Assembly: GCA_963716175.1 (NCBI GenBank)
Contig: OY970296.1
Span: forward strand, 3,040,001-3,104,000
DNA from: an uncultured Armatimonadetes bacterium
Lineage (GTDB): Bacteria > Armatimonadota > Hebobacteria > Hebobacterales > Hebobacteraceae
Reading direction: 5' to 3'
DNA length: 64,000 bases
Part shown: piece by piece, positions 9,073 to 18,454 of the stretch
Layout: each line of letters opens with the position of its first letter
Numbering within the stretch: position 1 is the first letter of the stretch
Program-made: the position numbers and the translations under genes
The notes under the pieces: generated by a model
Database searches by the model: none
What the model saw: only the letters and a program-made list of their open reading frames with translations
What the model was told of the DNA's origin: nothing

Positions 9073-10858
9073 CTAACGAAGGGCCAGCTCCGTAGTCAAC
9101 CTGAACCCATAGTCCAGGCTGGGGGGAATCTGCCGCGGCCCTTGCTCTCCCGGCGCCCGGCCAGCTCCTCTCGCCGCGCCCCCTCGCTGTGCGGTTCTGC
9201 CGCGCGGGCACCGCCCCTCGCGGCACCACCGCGCGTGCCGGCGCCGCCGCGCGCAGCACCTCCGCGCGCGCCGCCACGCATGCCGCCTCGGCCACCGCCT
9301 CCTCGTCCGCCGCCACCACCGCCTCGCATTCCTCCGCCGCCGCGCCTGCCGCCGGTCAGCGCCAGCGCATAGCCCCCATCCGGCCCGAGGCTGGCCCGCT
9401 GGCTTGCCCCGGCCCGGAATTCGACTTTGCCTCGAATGGTATCCTCGGTGTGCACTATGCGCCCGCTCTCGCGGGTGACATAGGTGATGCGCTCACCCTC
9501 CAGGGTGACCAAGCGCGCGCTCTCCAAGGCCTGCGGCGTGATGCGCCCCGCGCCTCCAGGCGCCGCCTGTCCAGTTCGGCCCCGCGCCGCGCCCCGCCGC
9601 GCCCCGCCTCCACGTGCAGTAGCGCCAGCTCGCGCCGCCCCGCCGCGCGTCCCGCCCCTGCCCCCGGCGCCGCCGCGCATGCCCCCACCGGCTCTCATGC
9701 CCCCACCACGCGCCCCCCGCCGCCGCGCATGCCTCCACCTCCCCGCCGGCCTCCGGTCAGCGCCACCTGGAACCCGTCGCCGATCGCGGCTGCGGCGGTC
9801 GTCTGCGGTTGAGCTGCAGGCGCCTTCTCTAACAGCGGCAGTTCCGGCAAAGTATAGCTGGAGCTCACCACCGCGCACTCCCGTCCCCGGAACCAGCGCA
9901 ATCCCTCGAAGGTATGCCGCGCTTGCACGAAGATCGCGCGTCGTGTGTAGAGGTCGTAGACCGCGCCCAGCGGCGACTCCCAGGTGTCCCCAGGGAGGAC
10001 TGGATAGTCGGCGAAGGCCAGCGAAACCTCGCCCAGCCCCAGCCGCGGCCGATTGGTGGCGGAGGAGGCCGGGATGGTCAGCCCGTTGCGCGAGACCTGC
10101 ACCATGGTGTACTGCCCCACCTCTGGCACCGACTGTCTCAGCGCCTCCGCCGTCAGGCTGGCCGTCCGCAGCCGGTTCCGCACCAGGGCCGTGACTCCCT
10201 CGTAATAGGCATCCAGCACCGTCTGGTTCAGCTCCCCACGCAGCTCGCCTGCGAGCACGTCGAACCCCTGCGGCAGCACCTGGTCCGCTCTCAGCGCAGA
10301 CATCTCGCCCCGCCCGGTCACGATCCGGTTGAAGATATCGTGCTCGCCGAACTTCACCGTTAGCAGCACCCCGCCCTCCGGCGTCGGGATGGTGTTCTCC
10401 ACTAGCACCTTGATCGAGCTGCTCCCGGCATAGTTCCCGGAGTTGTCATAGGCGTCGGCCCGGATGATGTGTGAGCCGTCTGCTACAGTGCTCGTATCCC
10501 ACCGCACCTCATAGGGGGAGGTGCTGGCATACACGAACTCCCCGTCCACTCGGAAGACTACATATCCGGAACCGCCCGGCCAGTCCCCTTTCACCACTGC
10601 CACCCCCCGCAGCTTAGCCTCGGATTGGGGGGATACGATCTCGAACCCTGGCAGCGGCGCCGGTTGCTTCGGAGCCGCGGCTGGGCCCGCTGGTTTGGTC
10701 GCGCCACTCTTGGCCGGCTGCTTCTGCCCCTTGCCGGGGACCGGGCTAACGCGGCCTCCTCGCTGCGCCCCCCAGAGCAATCCCACGCTGGCGCTCGCCA
10801 CCAGCGCCGCCAGTGCAATCACCCCTGCCAGCCGCCTGCTCCCATCTCGTCTCGCCAT
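9073..10858 (-). CDS. Secreted protein with Ig-like domain and two Gly/Arg-rich tracts (frameshifts near 9715 and 9205)
   Basis: Signal peptide; WDTSTVADGSHIIRADAYDNSGN Ig-like motif; joined ORFs 9695..10858, the 9096 frame, and a terminal frame ...QIPPSLDYGFRLTTELALR*. Confidence 0.65.
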
Positions 10859-11000
10859 TACCCGCTCCTCCACATCCGCCCTCACCGGATTAGACTCCCC
10901 CGAATCTCCCGGAGTTCCTCTCCAGCCCTCGCCGGCCCAGCGCCACCTAGTCTCGCCCCACCCAGGCGGCAGAGCCACTGCGCCGCCAGGGCCGGCCGTC

Positions 11001-11029
11001 ATTATAGTCCAAACCCAAACTGGCTTCAA
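11001..11029 (-). promoter_or_regulatory. Sigma70-type promoter for the Ig/RGG gene
   Basis: Minus strand TTGAAG-17 nt-TATAAT. Confidence 0.55.
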
Positions 11030-11074
11030 CCGGTTGCTAGTCGCACGCTTCCGCCGACTGCGCCCATGACAGGC

Positions 11075-11104
11075 TTGACAAAGCCAAACCGCCTCCAGTA
11101 TCAT
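11075..11104 (+). promoter_or_regulatory. Sigma70-type promoter for HNH gene
   Basis: TTGACA-18 nt-TATCAT, divergent from previous promoter. Confidence 0.5.
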
Positions 11105-11350
11105 CGCAGCTAGTGAACTGCCGTTGGCGGCAGGCGAGATGGATCTGGGATGAACCAGTACCCACCTATCGAGATACGGACCGGTCGGGACCAGCTAGAG
11201 CCGGTGCTGGTGCTGACCGCTTACTTCTCAGACCGGGCCAGAGGAGCTGTGGAGCCCTCAGGCCCGTCGGCGCGCCCATCGCTGGCGGGTTCTGCCATTT
11301 CGGCACACCTATCCCGGGCCGCCGCCCCCGCCAGACGTGAGGCCTAGCTG

Positions 11351-11881
11351 ATGGACGGAGTTCTAGTACTCAACCACAACTACCAGCCCCTGAACGTCAC
11401 CAACGTGCGCCGCGCCCTGGGCATGCTCTGGCTGGGCAAAGCGCATACGGTGGAGAGGGACTCCAAGGTCTTCCGCGCCGAGCGCCTCGAGATAGAGATG
11501 CCCACCGTAGTGCGTCTGAACCACTATGTGCGCCGGCCCACGCCGGTGCTGCACATTTCGCGGAAGAGCGTGTTCGCGCGCGACCACCACACCTGCCAGT
11601 ACTGCGGCGCCCACAACGTCTCCCTCACCATAGATCATGTCATGCCGAAGGAGAGGGGAGGCGGCACCGACTGGGACAACCTGGTGTGCTGCTGCACCGC
11701 GTGCAACAACAAGAAGGGCAACCGCACCCCGGAGGAAGTCGGCATGCGCCTGCGTCGCCGGCCCTTCCGCCCCAAGTTCATCCCCTATATCAGCTACACC
11801 AAGTTCCTCGCCGCCGCTGCCAATCCCACCTGGCGGCCCTACCTCGCGCCCTACGCCGACCTCCCGTCGCTCTCCCTGTAG
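11351..11881 (+). CDS. HNH endonuclease (McrA-like stand-alone family)
   Basis: VLVLNHNYQPL; RDHHTCQYCG...TIDHVMPKERGG.TDWDNLVCCCTACNNKKG. Confidence 0.93.
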   Translation: MDGVLVLNHNYQPLNVTNVRRALGMLWLGKAHTVERDSKVFRAERLEIEMPTVVRLNHYVRRPTPVLHISRKSVFARDHHTCQYCGAHNVSLTIDHVMPKERGGGTDWDNLVCCCTACNNKKGNRTPEEVGMRLRRRPFRPKFIPYISYTKFLAAAANPTWRPYLAPYADLPSLSL

Positions 11882-11908
11882 GGCGGGCATGCCGAAGGCA
11901 TCCCCGCC
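11877..11908 (+). repeat. GTAG-type REP-like palindrome overlapping HNH stop
   Basis: TGTAGGGCGGGCATGCCGAAGGCATCCCCGCC. Confidence 0.75.
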
Positions 11909-11914
11909 GCTCGT

Positions 11915-13096
11915 CTACGGCCTCATCGCCAATTCCAGCGCCAGCCTCGCCACCTCTTCCGCCGCTCGCGGCCGCCCCAGCGATCTGCTGGCCTGGGCCA
12001 TCCGATTGCGCCTGGCGTCATCCCACAGCAGCTCCTCCAGCACCTGCGCCAGCCGTTCCGCCGTCAGCTGCGCATCAGAGATGATGACCGCGGCCCCGGC
12101 CTTTGCCAGCGGCTCGGCGTTCTGCTGCTGCTCTCCCGTGCTCGCACCAGACCACGGGATGAGCACACTGGGCAGGCCCCGCGCGGTCAGCTCGGCCACT
12201 GTGCTCGCGCCCGCTCGCGACACTACCAGATCGGCGGCCGCCAGGGCCGCCGGTAGCTCTGCTCCCAGATAGGGGAGGGCGCGGTAACTCGGCGCCACCG
12301 CGCGCGCTTCCTCCGGCGCCAGTGAGACCGGATGCTGTCGGCCCGTGACGTGCAGCACCTGGAGTCCATGCAGCCGGCCGCCCTCGGCCATCATCCGGAG
12401 CGCCCCCACCAGCGCCTCGTTGATGGGCCGCGATCCCAGGCTGCCGCCGAGCGCCAGCAGTGTGGTCCACCCCGGGTCGAGCCCCAGCGCCCCCGCCCCC
12501 TCCTGCCGCATGGCCTCCACCACTTCCCGCCGCACCGGCAGCCCGGTTACCACTACTCGCGCCGATGGGCGCACTCGTGCCGCGAAGAAGGCCTCTTGCT
12601 CCGGCCAGGCCACTGCCATCACCTCGACCAACTTGGCCGCCGCGCGGCTGGTCCACCCCGGCGTTCGGTTTCCCTCCAGGGCCAGCGAGGGGATGCCCAG
12701 CAGGCGCGCCGCCAGCAGCACCGGACCCGAGACATAGCCGCCCGCGCCGATCACCACCTGAGGCCAGCAGCCGCGGAGCGCGCCTAGGCTCTGGAACAGC
12801 GGAATCCCCAGCGCCAGTTCCGCCGCTGCCCGCGCCCGCCGGCCCAGACCCCCGAGCCCGCGGCCCGCCAGGCCGTGCGCCGAGATGGCGCGGAACTCGT
12901 AGCCGGCCGCCGGCACCACCTGGGCCTCCATCCGATCGCCCCCGATGAACAGCAGCCGGACCTCCGGCCTCAGCCGCCGCAGTTCCGCCGCCACCGCCAG
13001 CGCCGGGTAGACGTGACCGCCCGTGCCGCCGGCGGCCAGCACCACGGAGCGCGCGGTCGCTCCTGCTGCGCCTTCGCGCGTGCGCGGGGCCTTCAC
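11915..13096 (-). CDS. murG: MurG GlcNAc transferase
   Basis: GGTGGHVYPA, GGYVSGP, GGSLGS, SRAGAST motifs; GTG start overlaps ftsA stop. Confidence 0.93.
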   Translation of the reverse strand: MKAPRTREGAAGATARSVVLAAGGTGGHVYPALAVAAELRRLRPEVRLLFIGGDRMEAQVVPAAGYEFRAISAHGLAGRGLGGLGRRARAAAELALGIPLFQSLGALRGCWPQVVIGAGGYVSGPVLLAARLLGIPSLALEGNRTPGWTSRAAAKLVEVMAVAWPEQEAFFAARVRPSARVVVTGLPVRREVVEAMRQEGAGALGLDPGWTTLLALGGSLGSRPINEALVGALRMMAEGGRLHGLQVLHVTGRQHPVSLAPEEARAVAPSYRALPYLGAELPAALAAADLVVSRAGASTVAELTARGLPSVLIPWSGASTGEQQQNAEPLAKAGAAVIISDAQLTAERLAQVLEELLWDDARRNRMAQASRSLGRPRAAEEVARLALELAMRP

Positions 13097-14343
13097 GAGC
13101 TGAACAGCTCCCTCACCCAGGCCACCACCCGACCCAGGACGGGCAGCGCCCGCACCCGCCTCCTGGGCCGGGCGCGGCGCGACTCGGCCTCCCGATGGGC
13201 ATAGTAGACCAGTCCCACGCCGGTGGCCAGCGCTGGCGTCTCCAGCATCTCCACCGGCCCCGATGCCACCCGCGGTCTCCCCAGTCTCGCCCGGCAGCCG
13301 AGTGCCTTCTCTGCCACCGAGGTTAGGCCTGGCAGCAGGCTGCCTCCCCCCGTGAGCACCGCTCCCCCTGGAGGCCGCCATCCCTGTCCACCGGCCGTGT
13401 GGCGGGTGCCCTCCAGCCTGGCCACCTCGTGCGCCACCAGGTTGAAGGTCTCTTCCACTCTGGCCTCGATCACCTCCGCTGCCAGCCGCCGGCTCAGGCT
13501 CCGCTCTTCCTCGCCCGGCAGCACGATCATCTCTTCCTCCGGGACCAGTGCCGCCTGGCAGCAGCCGTGGGTCAGCTTCACCTGCTCCGCCTGGGAGTGG
13601 GTGATGCCCAGGGCCACCGCCAGGTCGTGGGTCACGTTGCTCCCGCCCACCGGAACCGCGCCGGTGAACGCGATACTCCCCTCGAGGAAGAGGCCGAGAT
13701 CGGTGGTGCCGCCGCCCACGTCAACCAGCAGCACCCCGAGTTCCTCCTCCTCCGGGGTGAGCACCGCGTCGGCTCCCGCCAGGGGCTCGGCCACCAGTTC
13801 GGCCACCTCCAGGCCGGCCTGCTCCACCGCCTTCACCACATTCGCGACCAGGTTTCGGGAAGCGGTGATGATGTGGGTCTCGACCGCCAGGCGGTTGGCT
13901 GCGAGCCCGACAGGATTGCGCACCCTCGGCTCGGCGTCCGCCCAGAACCCCCGGGAGATGGCGTGAATCATCCGGCGGTCAGAGGACAGCGACACTGCAT
14001 TCACCGCCGCGCTCATCACCCGCTCCACATCATCCCATGTCACCTCGTGATGGGCGCGCGCAATCTGGATCTCACCCCGGGAGTTCAGGCAGGAGATGTG
14101 CTGCCCCGTCACCCCCACCCAGGCCGCCCCCAGCTCCACCCCGGCCATGCGCTGCGCCCTCGCCACCGCCTCCCGCACCCCCCGCGTGGTCTCGGCCACG
14201 TCCACGACAGTTCCCCGCTTCAGCCCCGCGCAGGGCACCGAGGCCGCCCCCAGCAGCGTCACCTCGGCCCCGCGCTGCCCCACCACCGCGGCCACCTTCG
14301 TGGTGCCGATATCCAGACCCAGGAGGGTCTCCGGCCCGGCCAA
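13093..14343 (-). CDS. ftsA: Cell division protein FtsA
   Basis: LDIGTTKV, DVGGGTTD, VLTGGGSLLPG. Confidence 0.95.
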   Translation of the reverse strand: MAGPETLLGLDIGTTKVAAVVGQRGAEVTLLGAASVPCAGLKRGTVVDVAETTRGVREAVARAQRMAGVELGAAWVGVTGQHISCLNSRGEIQIARAHHEVTWDDVERVMSAAVNAVSLSSDRRMIHAISRGFWADAEPRVRNPVGLAANRLAVETHIITASRNLVANVVKAVEQAGLEVAELVAEPLAGADAVLTPEEEELGVLLVDVGGGTTDLGLFLEGSIAFTGAVPVGGSNVTHDLAVALGITHSQAEQVKLTHGCCQAALVPEEEMIVLPGEEERSLSRRLAAEVIEARVEETFNLVAHEVARLEGTRHTAGGQGWRPPGGAVLTGGGSLLPGLTSVAEKALGCRARLGRPRVASGPVEMLETPALATGVGLVYYAHREAESRRARPRRRVRALPVLGRVVAWVRELFSS

Positions 14344-14441
14344 TCGCCGCCTCCATCACAGGGAATCACGAACTCAGAGTGACTAGGCGAGTCTGCGGCG
14401 CCAGCACCGCTCGGTCCTGCCGCTCCGCCGCCCCGGGCGGT

Positions 14442-14810
14442 CTAGTGCGAGGGCGTGGCATGCCGCGCTCGGTGCGCCTCCAGCCGCGCCCTCACAAACA
14501 ACCCCCGGATCCGGCCCAGGTTGGTGAAGATCCGTATCCCCAGCGCCACCACCACCGCCAGATAGAGATCCACCCCGAGCTTATCGCCAAGGTAGGCCAA
14601 CAGGATCGCCACTCCCATGTTCACGAAGAAGCCGCTCACGAACACGGCCTCGTCGAACTGGCCTTCCAGCCGCGCCCGCACCGCTCCGATGAGGGCATCC
14701 AGCCCGGCCAGGATGGCGATGGCCGCATAGTCGGCCCAGGAGGAGGGGATGGCGAATCGGTAGACCAGCAGGAAGCCCAGCACCAGCGCGACCACCGGAA
14801 GCAGGATCAC
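14442..14810 (-). CDS. DUF1290 / small basic protein family
   Basis: YAAIAILAGLDALIGAVRA...LGVDLYLAVVVALGIRIFTNL; dcw context. Confidence 0.85.
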   Translation of the reverse strand: MILLPVVALVLGFLLVYRFAIPSSWADYAAIAILAGLDALIGAVRARLEGQFDEAVFVSGFFVNMGVAILLAYLGDKLGVDLYLAVVVALGIRIFTNLGRIRGLFVRARLEAHRARHATPSH

Positions 14811-15553
14811 GGCGTCTCCTCCGTGACCGGCTTGGCGTACTTGTACTTCGGGGCAATCGCAATCGGCGGGACCACCAGGTCGTCCTTCGCCGTCAGCTTC
14901 ACTCGGAACTTCGCTGACCGCAGCCGATCCAGGAGACCGTCACGAATGCTCAAGGCAGAGGTCAGGTTATCCTTGTTGCCGATCGCCCGGAACGTGAACG
15001 GGCCGGAGATGGTGGTGTTGTTCACCTGGATGAGAGGGCCGGAGCATCTGATCGCCGTCCCCGACACCAGGCGCTGACCGTTCAGCGAGAGCGCCTCCGC
15101 CCCGGCCGCCCACAGCTCATTGGCGAACTGGACCAGGTCGAAATCGTGGATCAAGAAGATGTCCTGACTCCCGATCTCATTGTCCTGCGTGCGCATGGTG
15201 CTGTCGCCCAGCTCCACTTCCACGCCCGGCCCCTTCACCGGCAGCAGGCCGAGCGCCACGCGGCTGGCCTGCAGTTCCTGGTAGACCCGCTGCGTCACCC
15301 CCTTATCGCTCATCGCCTCCTTCTCGAACTTCCCCACCTGGGCGCGCAGATGTGCGATCTCCTTCGACTGCAGCTCTAGCTGCGTCTGGCTGTTGCTCAG
15401 CATGCTGATCAGGGCACTGCTGCGCCGTCCCGCCTCCGCCGCTCCTCGCAGCTTCTGCGTGTGCACCTGCACTCCCAACAGCCCACCCAGCACCAGGCAA
15501 ATCCCGGACACTGGTAGCGTCCAGGTCTTTCCCGCCTCCCAGAATTCGCGCAT
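14807..15553 (-). CDS. DUF881 family protein
   Basis: TM plus coiled coil; PVKGPGVEVELGDS, IHDFDL..NELWAAGAEALSLNGQR. Confidence 0.88.
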   Translation of the reverse strand: MREFWEAGKTWTLPVSGICLVLGGLLGVQVHTQKLRGAAEAGRRSSALISMLSNSQTQLELQSKEIAHLRAQVGKFEKEAMSDKGVTQRVYQELQASRVALGLLPVKGPGVEVELGDSTMRTQDNEIGSQDIFLIHDFDLVQFANELWAAGAEALSLNGQRLVSGTAIRCSGPLIQVNNTTISGPFTFRAIGNKDNLTSALSIRDGLLDRLRSAKFRVKLTAKDDLVVPPIAIAPKYKYAKPVTEETP

Positions 15554-15586
15554 TCCGACCTCACTCCCCCCGCACTCGCAGCCTGC

Positions 15587-16393
15587 TCATCGCCGTCCCA
15601 CCGCCGCTGCAACATTTCTGGCCAATCGAGGGCGCCAGTAGGGAGCCCGGGGATCACTCAGATCCATGTATGCTATCTGATCCGGCCCCAGGCGATCGAG
15701 CGCCGCAGCCAGCAGCTTGATCTTCGCCTCCATCTGCTCCGCTCCGCCCAGCCGCACTGTCGCGCCCGAGTCCAGCACCGCCTCCACCTCGTTCTCGCCC
15801 ACTCGCTCGAGGCGCGCCACCTGCAGCCGCGGGTCTGGCCCCAGCGCCCGCAGCACCGCCAGCAGTTCCGCCAGCTCCGCTCTGCCAGCCGCAGTGCCCA
15901 CCTCGGCCTTGGTGAGATGAGGAGCCACCAGCTCGGGCAGCCCCCATCCCCACTCATCGCGGATGCCGAACACCACCCCGTCAGGGTTTACCAGCATCGC
16001 TTGGTCCGCCCGCCGCACCACCGCCACTGCTTCTCGCCGCTCCACCGTCACCATCAGGCGGCCGGGGAAGCTTCGCACCACCTCCGCCCGTGCCACCACT
16101 GGCACCCTCTCCGCCCGTTCCTCCAGCAGTCGCACGGGCGCGCGGAAGAAGTTCGTGTCTGCCGGCAGCTTGACGCGAGCCGCTACCTGCTCGGCCACCT
16201 TGGGATCTCCCCGCAGCACTACCTCCCTCACCGCGAAACGGGGCGAGGTGAAGGGAATGCACAGCAGCTCGACGGCCAGCGCGGCCGCCGCCCCCGCGGT
16301 CAGCAGCCGCAGCCGCCTCAGCCCGCGGGCCGCCGGCCGCTCGCGAGAAACCGTCGCGCTCAGCCTGGGCCTATAGGGCGCGCCTTGTGCCAT
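15587..16393 (-). CDS. ftsQ: Cell division protein FtsQ/DivIB
   Basis: TM, POTRA-like region (RSFPGRLMVTVERR), C-terminal YMDLS; position after ddl. Confidence 0.85.
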   Translation of the reverse strand: MAQGAPYRPRLSATVSRERPAARGLRRLRLLTAGAAAALAVELLCIPFTSPRFAVREVVLRGDPKVAEQVAARVKLPADTNFFRAPVRLLEERAERVPVVARAEVVRSFPGRLMVTVERREAVAVVRRADQAMLVNPDGVVFGIRDEWGWGLPELVAPHLTKAEVGTAAGRAELAELLAVLRALGPDPRLQVARLERVGENEVEAVLDSGATVRLGGAEQMEAKIKLLAAALDRLGPDQIAYMDLSDPRAPYWRPRLARNVAAAVGRR

Positions 16394-17480
16394 CGCTCCC
16401 CCGCTCCTCCAGTGCCAGCTCGATCAGTCTGTCCACCAATCGCGGGAAGCTGATCCCGGCCGCCTCCGCCGCTCGCGGCAGCAGGCTGGTGTCGGTTAGG
16501 CCCGGGATCGTCTGCAGCTCGAGCACGTACACCTCATCGGATGCCACGATCATGTCCACGCGGGACATGCCCCGACATCCCAGCGCCCGGTGCGCGGCCA
16601 GCGTCAGCTCCCGCGCTCGCACCGCCTGGGCCTCGGGGATGCGGGCCGGGACGATCTCCTCCGTCGCGCCCGGGGTGTACTTGGCCTCATAGTCGTAGAA
16701 CTCCCGCGACGGCACGATCTCGATCAGTGGCAGCATCTGGGGATCATCATTGCCCAACACCGGCCCGGTGATCTCAATCCCCGAGATGAATCTCTCGGCC
16801 AGCGCTTCCCGCCCATACTGGAAGGCCAGGTCCAACGCCGGCTCCAGTTGCTCTTGCTCCCTCACGATGGTCACGCCGATGGAGGAGCCTTCGGAAGCCG
16901 GCTTCACCACGCAGGGCAGGCCCACCTGAGATAGCACTTGCGCTCCCGCGCTTCCGCGCTCCGAGGCCCGCAGCGGCACCCACTCCGGCGTGGGTATACC
17001 CTCCCGCTCGAACAGCTTCTTGGCGATGATCTTGTTCAGCGCCATCGCGCTTGCCAGCACCCCGGAGCCGACGTAGGGAATCCCGAACAGGTCGAGCATC
17101 CCCTGCACGGTTCCGTTCTCGCCCGCCCCTCCGTGCAAGGCGATGAACACGACATCGGGTCCGCCCGCAGGCTGCTCCGCCAGACAGGCGTCGCGCCCTG
17201 TCTCCCGCGCCAGCGCGCGCGACGGTCCTGGGTCCCGACCTGTTGCCTCTCTTCCTCCGGAAGTGACCGCGGCCAGCGCTTTGGGATCATAACCCTGGGG
17301 CGACATCAGCGCCCCGGCGAGGTCTGCCGCCCTCTGCCCTGTGATTTCGGCCAAGTCCACGGCCGCCGCGTCATAGCGCGCCGGATCCAGGGCGGCCATC
17401 ACCTTCGTCCCGCTCTTCAGGCAGATCTCCCGCTCGGCCGATGTCCCCCCGGTGAGCACCACCACCTTCAACCGCGCCAT
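16371..17480 (-). CDS. ddl: D-alanine--D-alanine ligase
   Basis: GGTSAERE, ALHGGAGENG, VKPASEGSSIG, FYDYEAKY, TIPGLT. Confidence 0.95.
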   Translation of the reverse strand: MARLKVVVLTGGTSAEREICLKSGTKVMAALDPARYDAAAVDLAEITGQRAADLAGALMSPQGYDPKALAAVTSGGREATGRDPGPSRALARETGRDACLAEQPAGGPDVVFIALHGGAGENGTVQGMLDLFGIPYVGSGVLASAMALNKIIAKKLFEREGIPTPEWVPLRASERGSAGAQVLSQVGLPCVVKPASEGSSIGVTIVREQEQLEPALDLAFQYGREALAERFISGIEITGPVLGNDDPQMLPLIEIVPSREFYDYEAKYTPGATEEIVPARIPEAQAVRARELTLAAHRALGCRGMSRVDMIVASDEVYVLELQTIPGLTDTSLLPRAAEAAGISFPRLVDRLIELALEERGSDGTRRAL

Positions 17481-17487
17481 ACCCTCA

Positions 17488-18454
17488 CTATTCTCCGACG
17501 ACCTCGATCTCTAGCTCCAGGTCAATCCCATATCGCCGGAGGGCCAGGGCGTGCGCTCGCGCGATCAGCTCTGTCATCTCCGCAGCGGTGGCGTCCCCCC
17601 GGTTGATCAGGAAGTTGGCGTGTTTGGCTGAGATCTGCCGCGTCGCCCAGCCGCGTCCCCTTGGCCCCCGCCCGGTCCAGCACTTTCCCCGCTGCCACCC
17701 CCCGCGGATTCTTGAACACGCTCCCCGCGGACCAGGCCCGCAGCGGCTGCCGGCCGGCCCGCTTCTGACGCAGCCGCTCCATCTTCGCCCTGATCTCTTC
17801 CTTGGGCGCGGGCTGCAGTTTCAGGCGCGCCGAGATCACCACTGCCTTGGCCGCGCAGATGCTGCTGTGGCGGTACCGGTAGGCGAGCTGCGCCGCGCTC
17901 CATTCCCGCAGTTCCCCCTGCTCCTCCAGCACCAGCGCTCCGGTCACCAGGTCGCCGATGCATCCCGTATCGGTGCCCGCGTTCGTGGCCAGCGCGCCCC
18001 CCAGGGTCCCCGGGATCCCCACCGTGGACTCCAGCCCGCTCAGGCCTACCTCCGCCGCCTCCTTCACCAGCCTTCCCAGCTTCACTCCACCTCCCGCCAC
18101 CACTCCCTGCTCCAGCCATTGCACCTCGCTGAAGTTCGGCGCCAGCCGGATCACGATCCCCCTGATCCCGCGGTCGCCCACCAGCAGGTTGCTGCCATTG
18201 CCGATCACCTTGGCCGGCAGCCCCGCCTCTCGGGCGAAGCGAACCGCCTCGGCCAGGTCCGCGATATCAGCTGGCAGCACGAAGATATCAGCGGGTCCCC
18301 CGATGTGAAAGGTGGTGTGCCGCGCCATCGGCTCGCAGAGCTTGACCACGCTGCCGGGTATGCGCTGGCTGAGCGTGAACGCGGCGTGCTCCAGCTCGCG
18401 GCGCTCTGGGGCCATCACTGGTGCTGCAATCAAGGTCTGCTGTCCCGTGCTCAT
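17488..18454 (-). CDS. murB: UDP-N-acetylmuramate dehydrogenase (one-base frameshift near 17638)
   Basis: HTTFHIGGPAD, GNGSNLL, GIPGTLGG, SAGSVFKNP; shifted frame QISAKHANFLINRG...LELEIEVVGE*. Confidence 0.93.

Noticed and set aside
11351-11881. HNH gene as the mobiliser of the palindromes or as a defence system
   Set aside because: Ordinary stand-alone HNH family, not a Y1 HuH transposase; no methylase or cas neighbours
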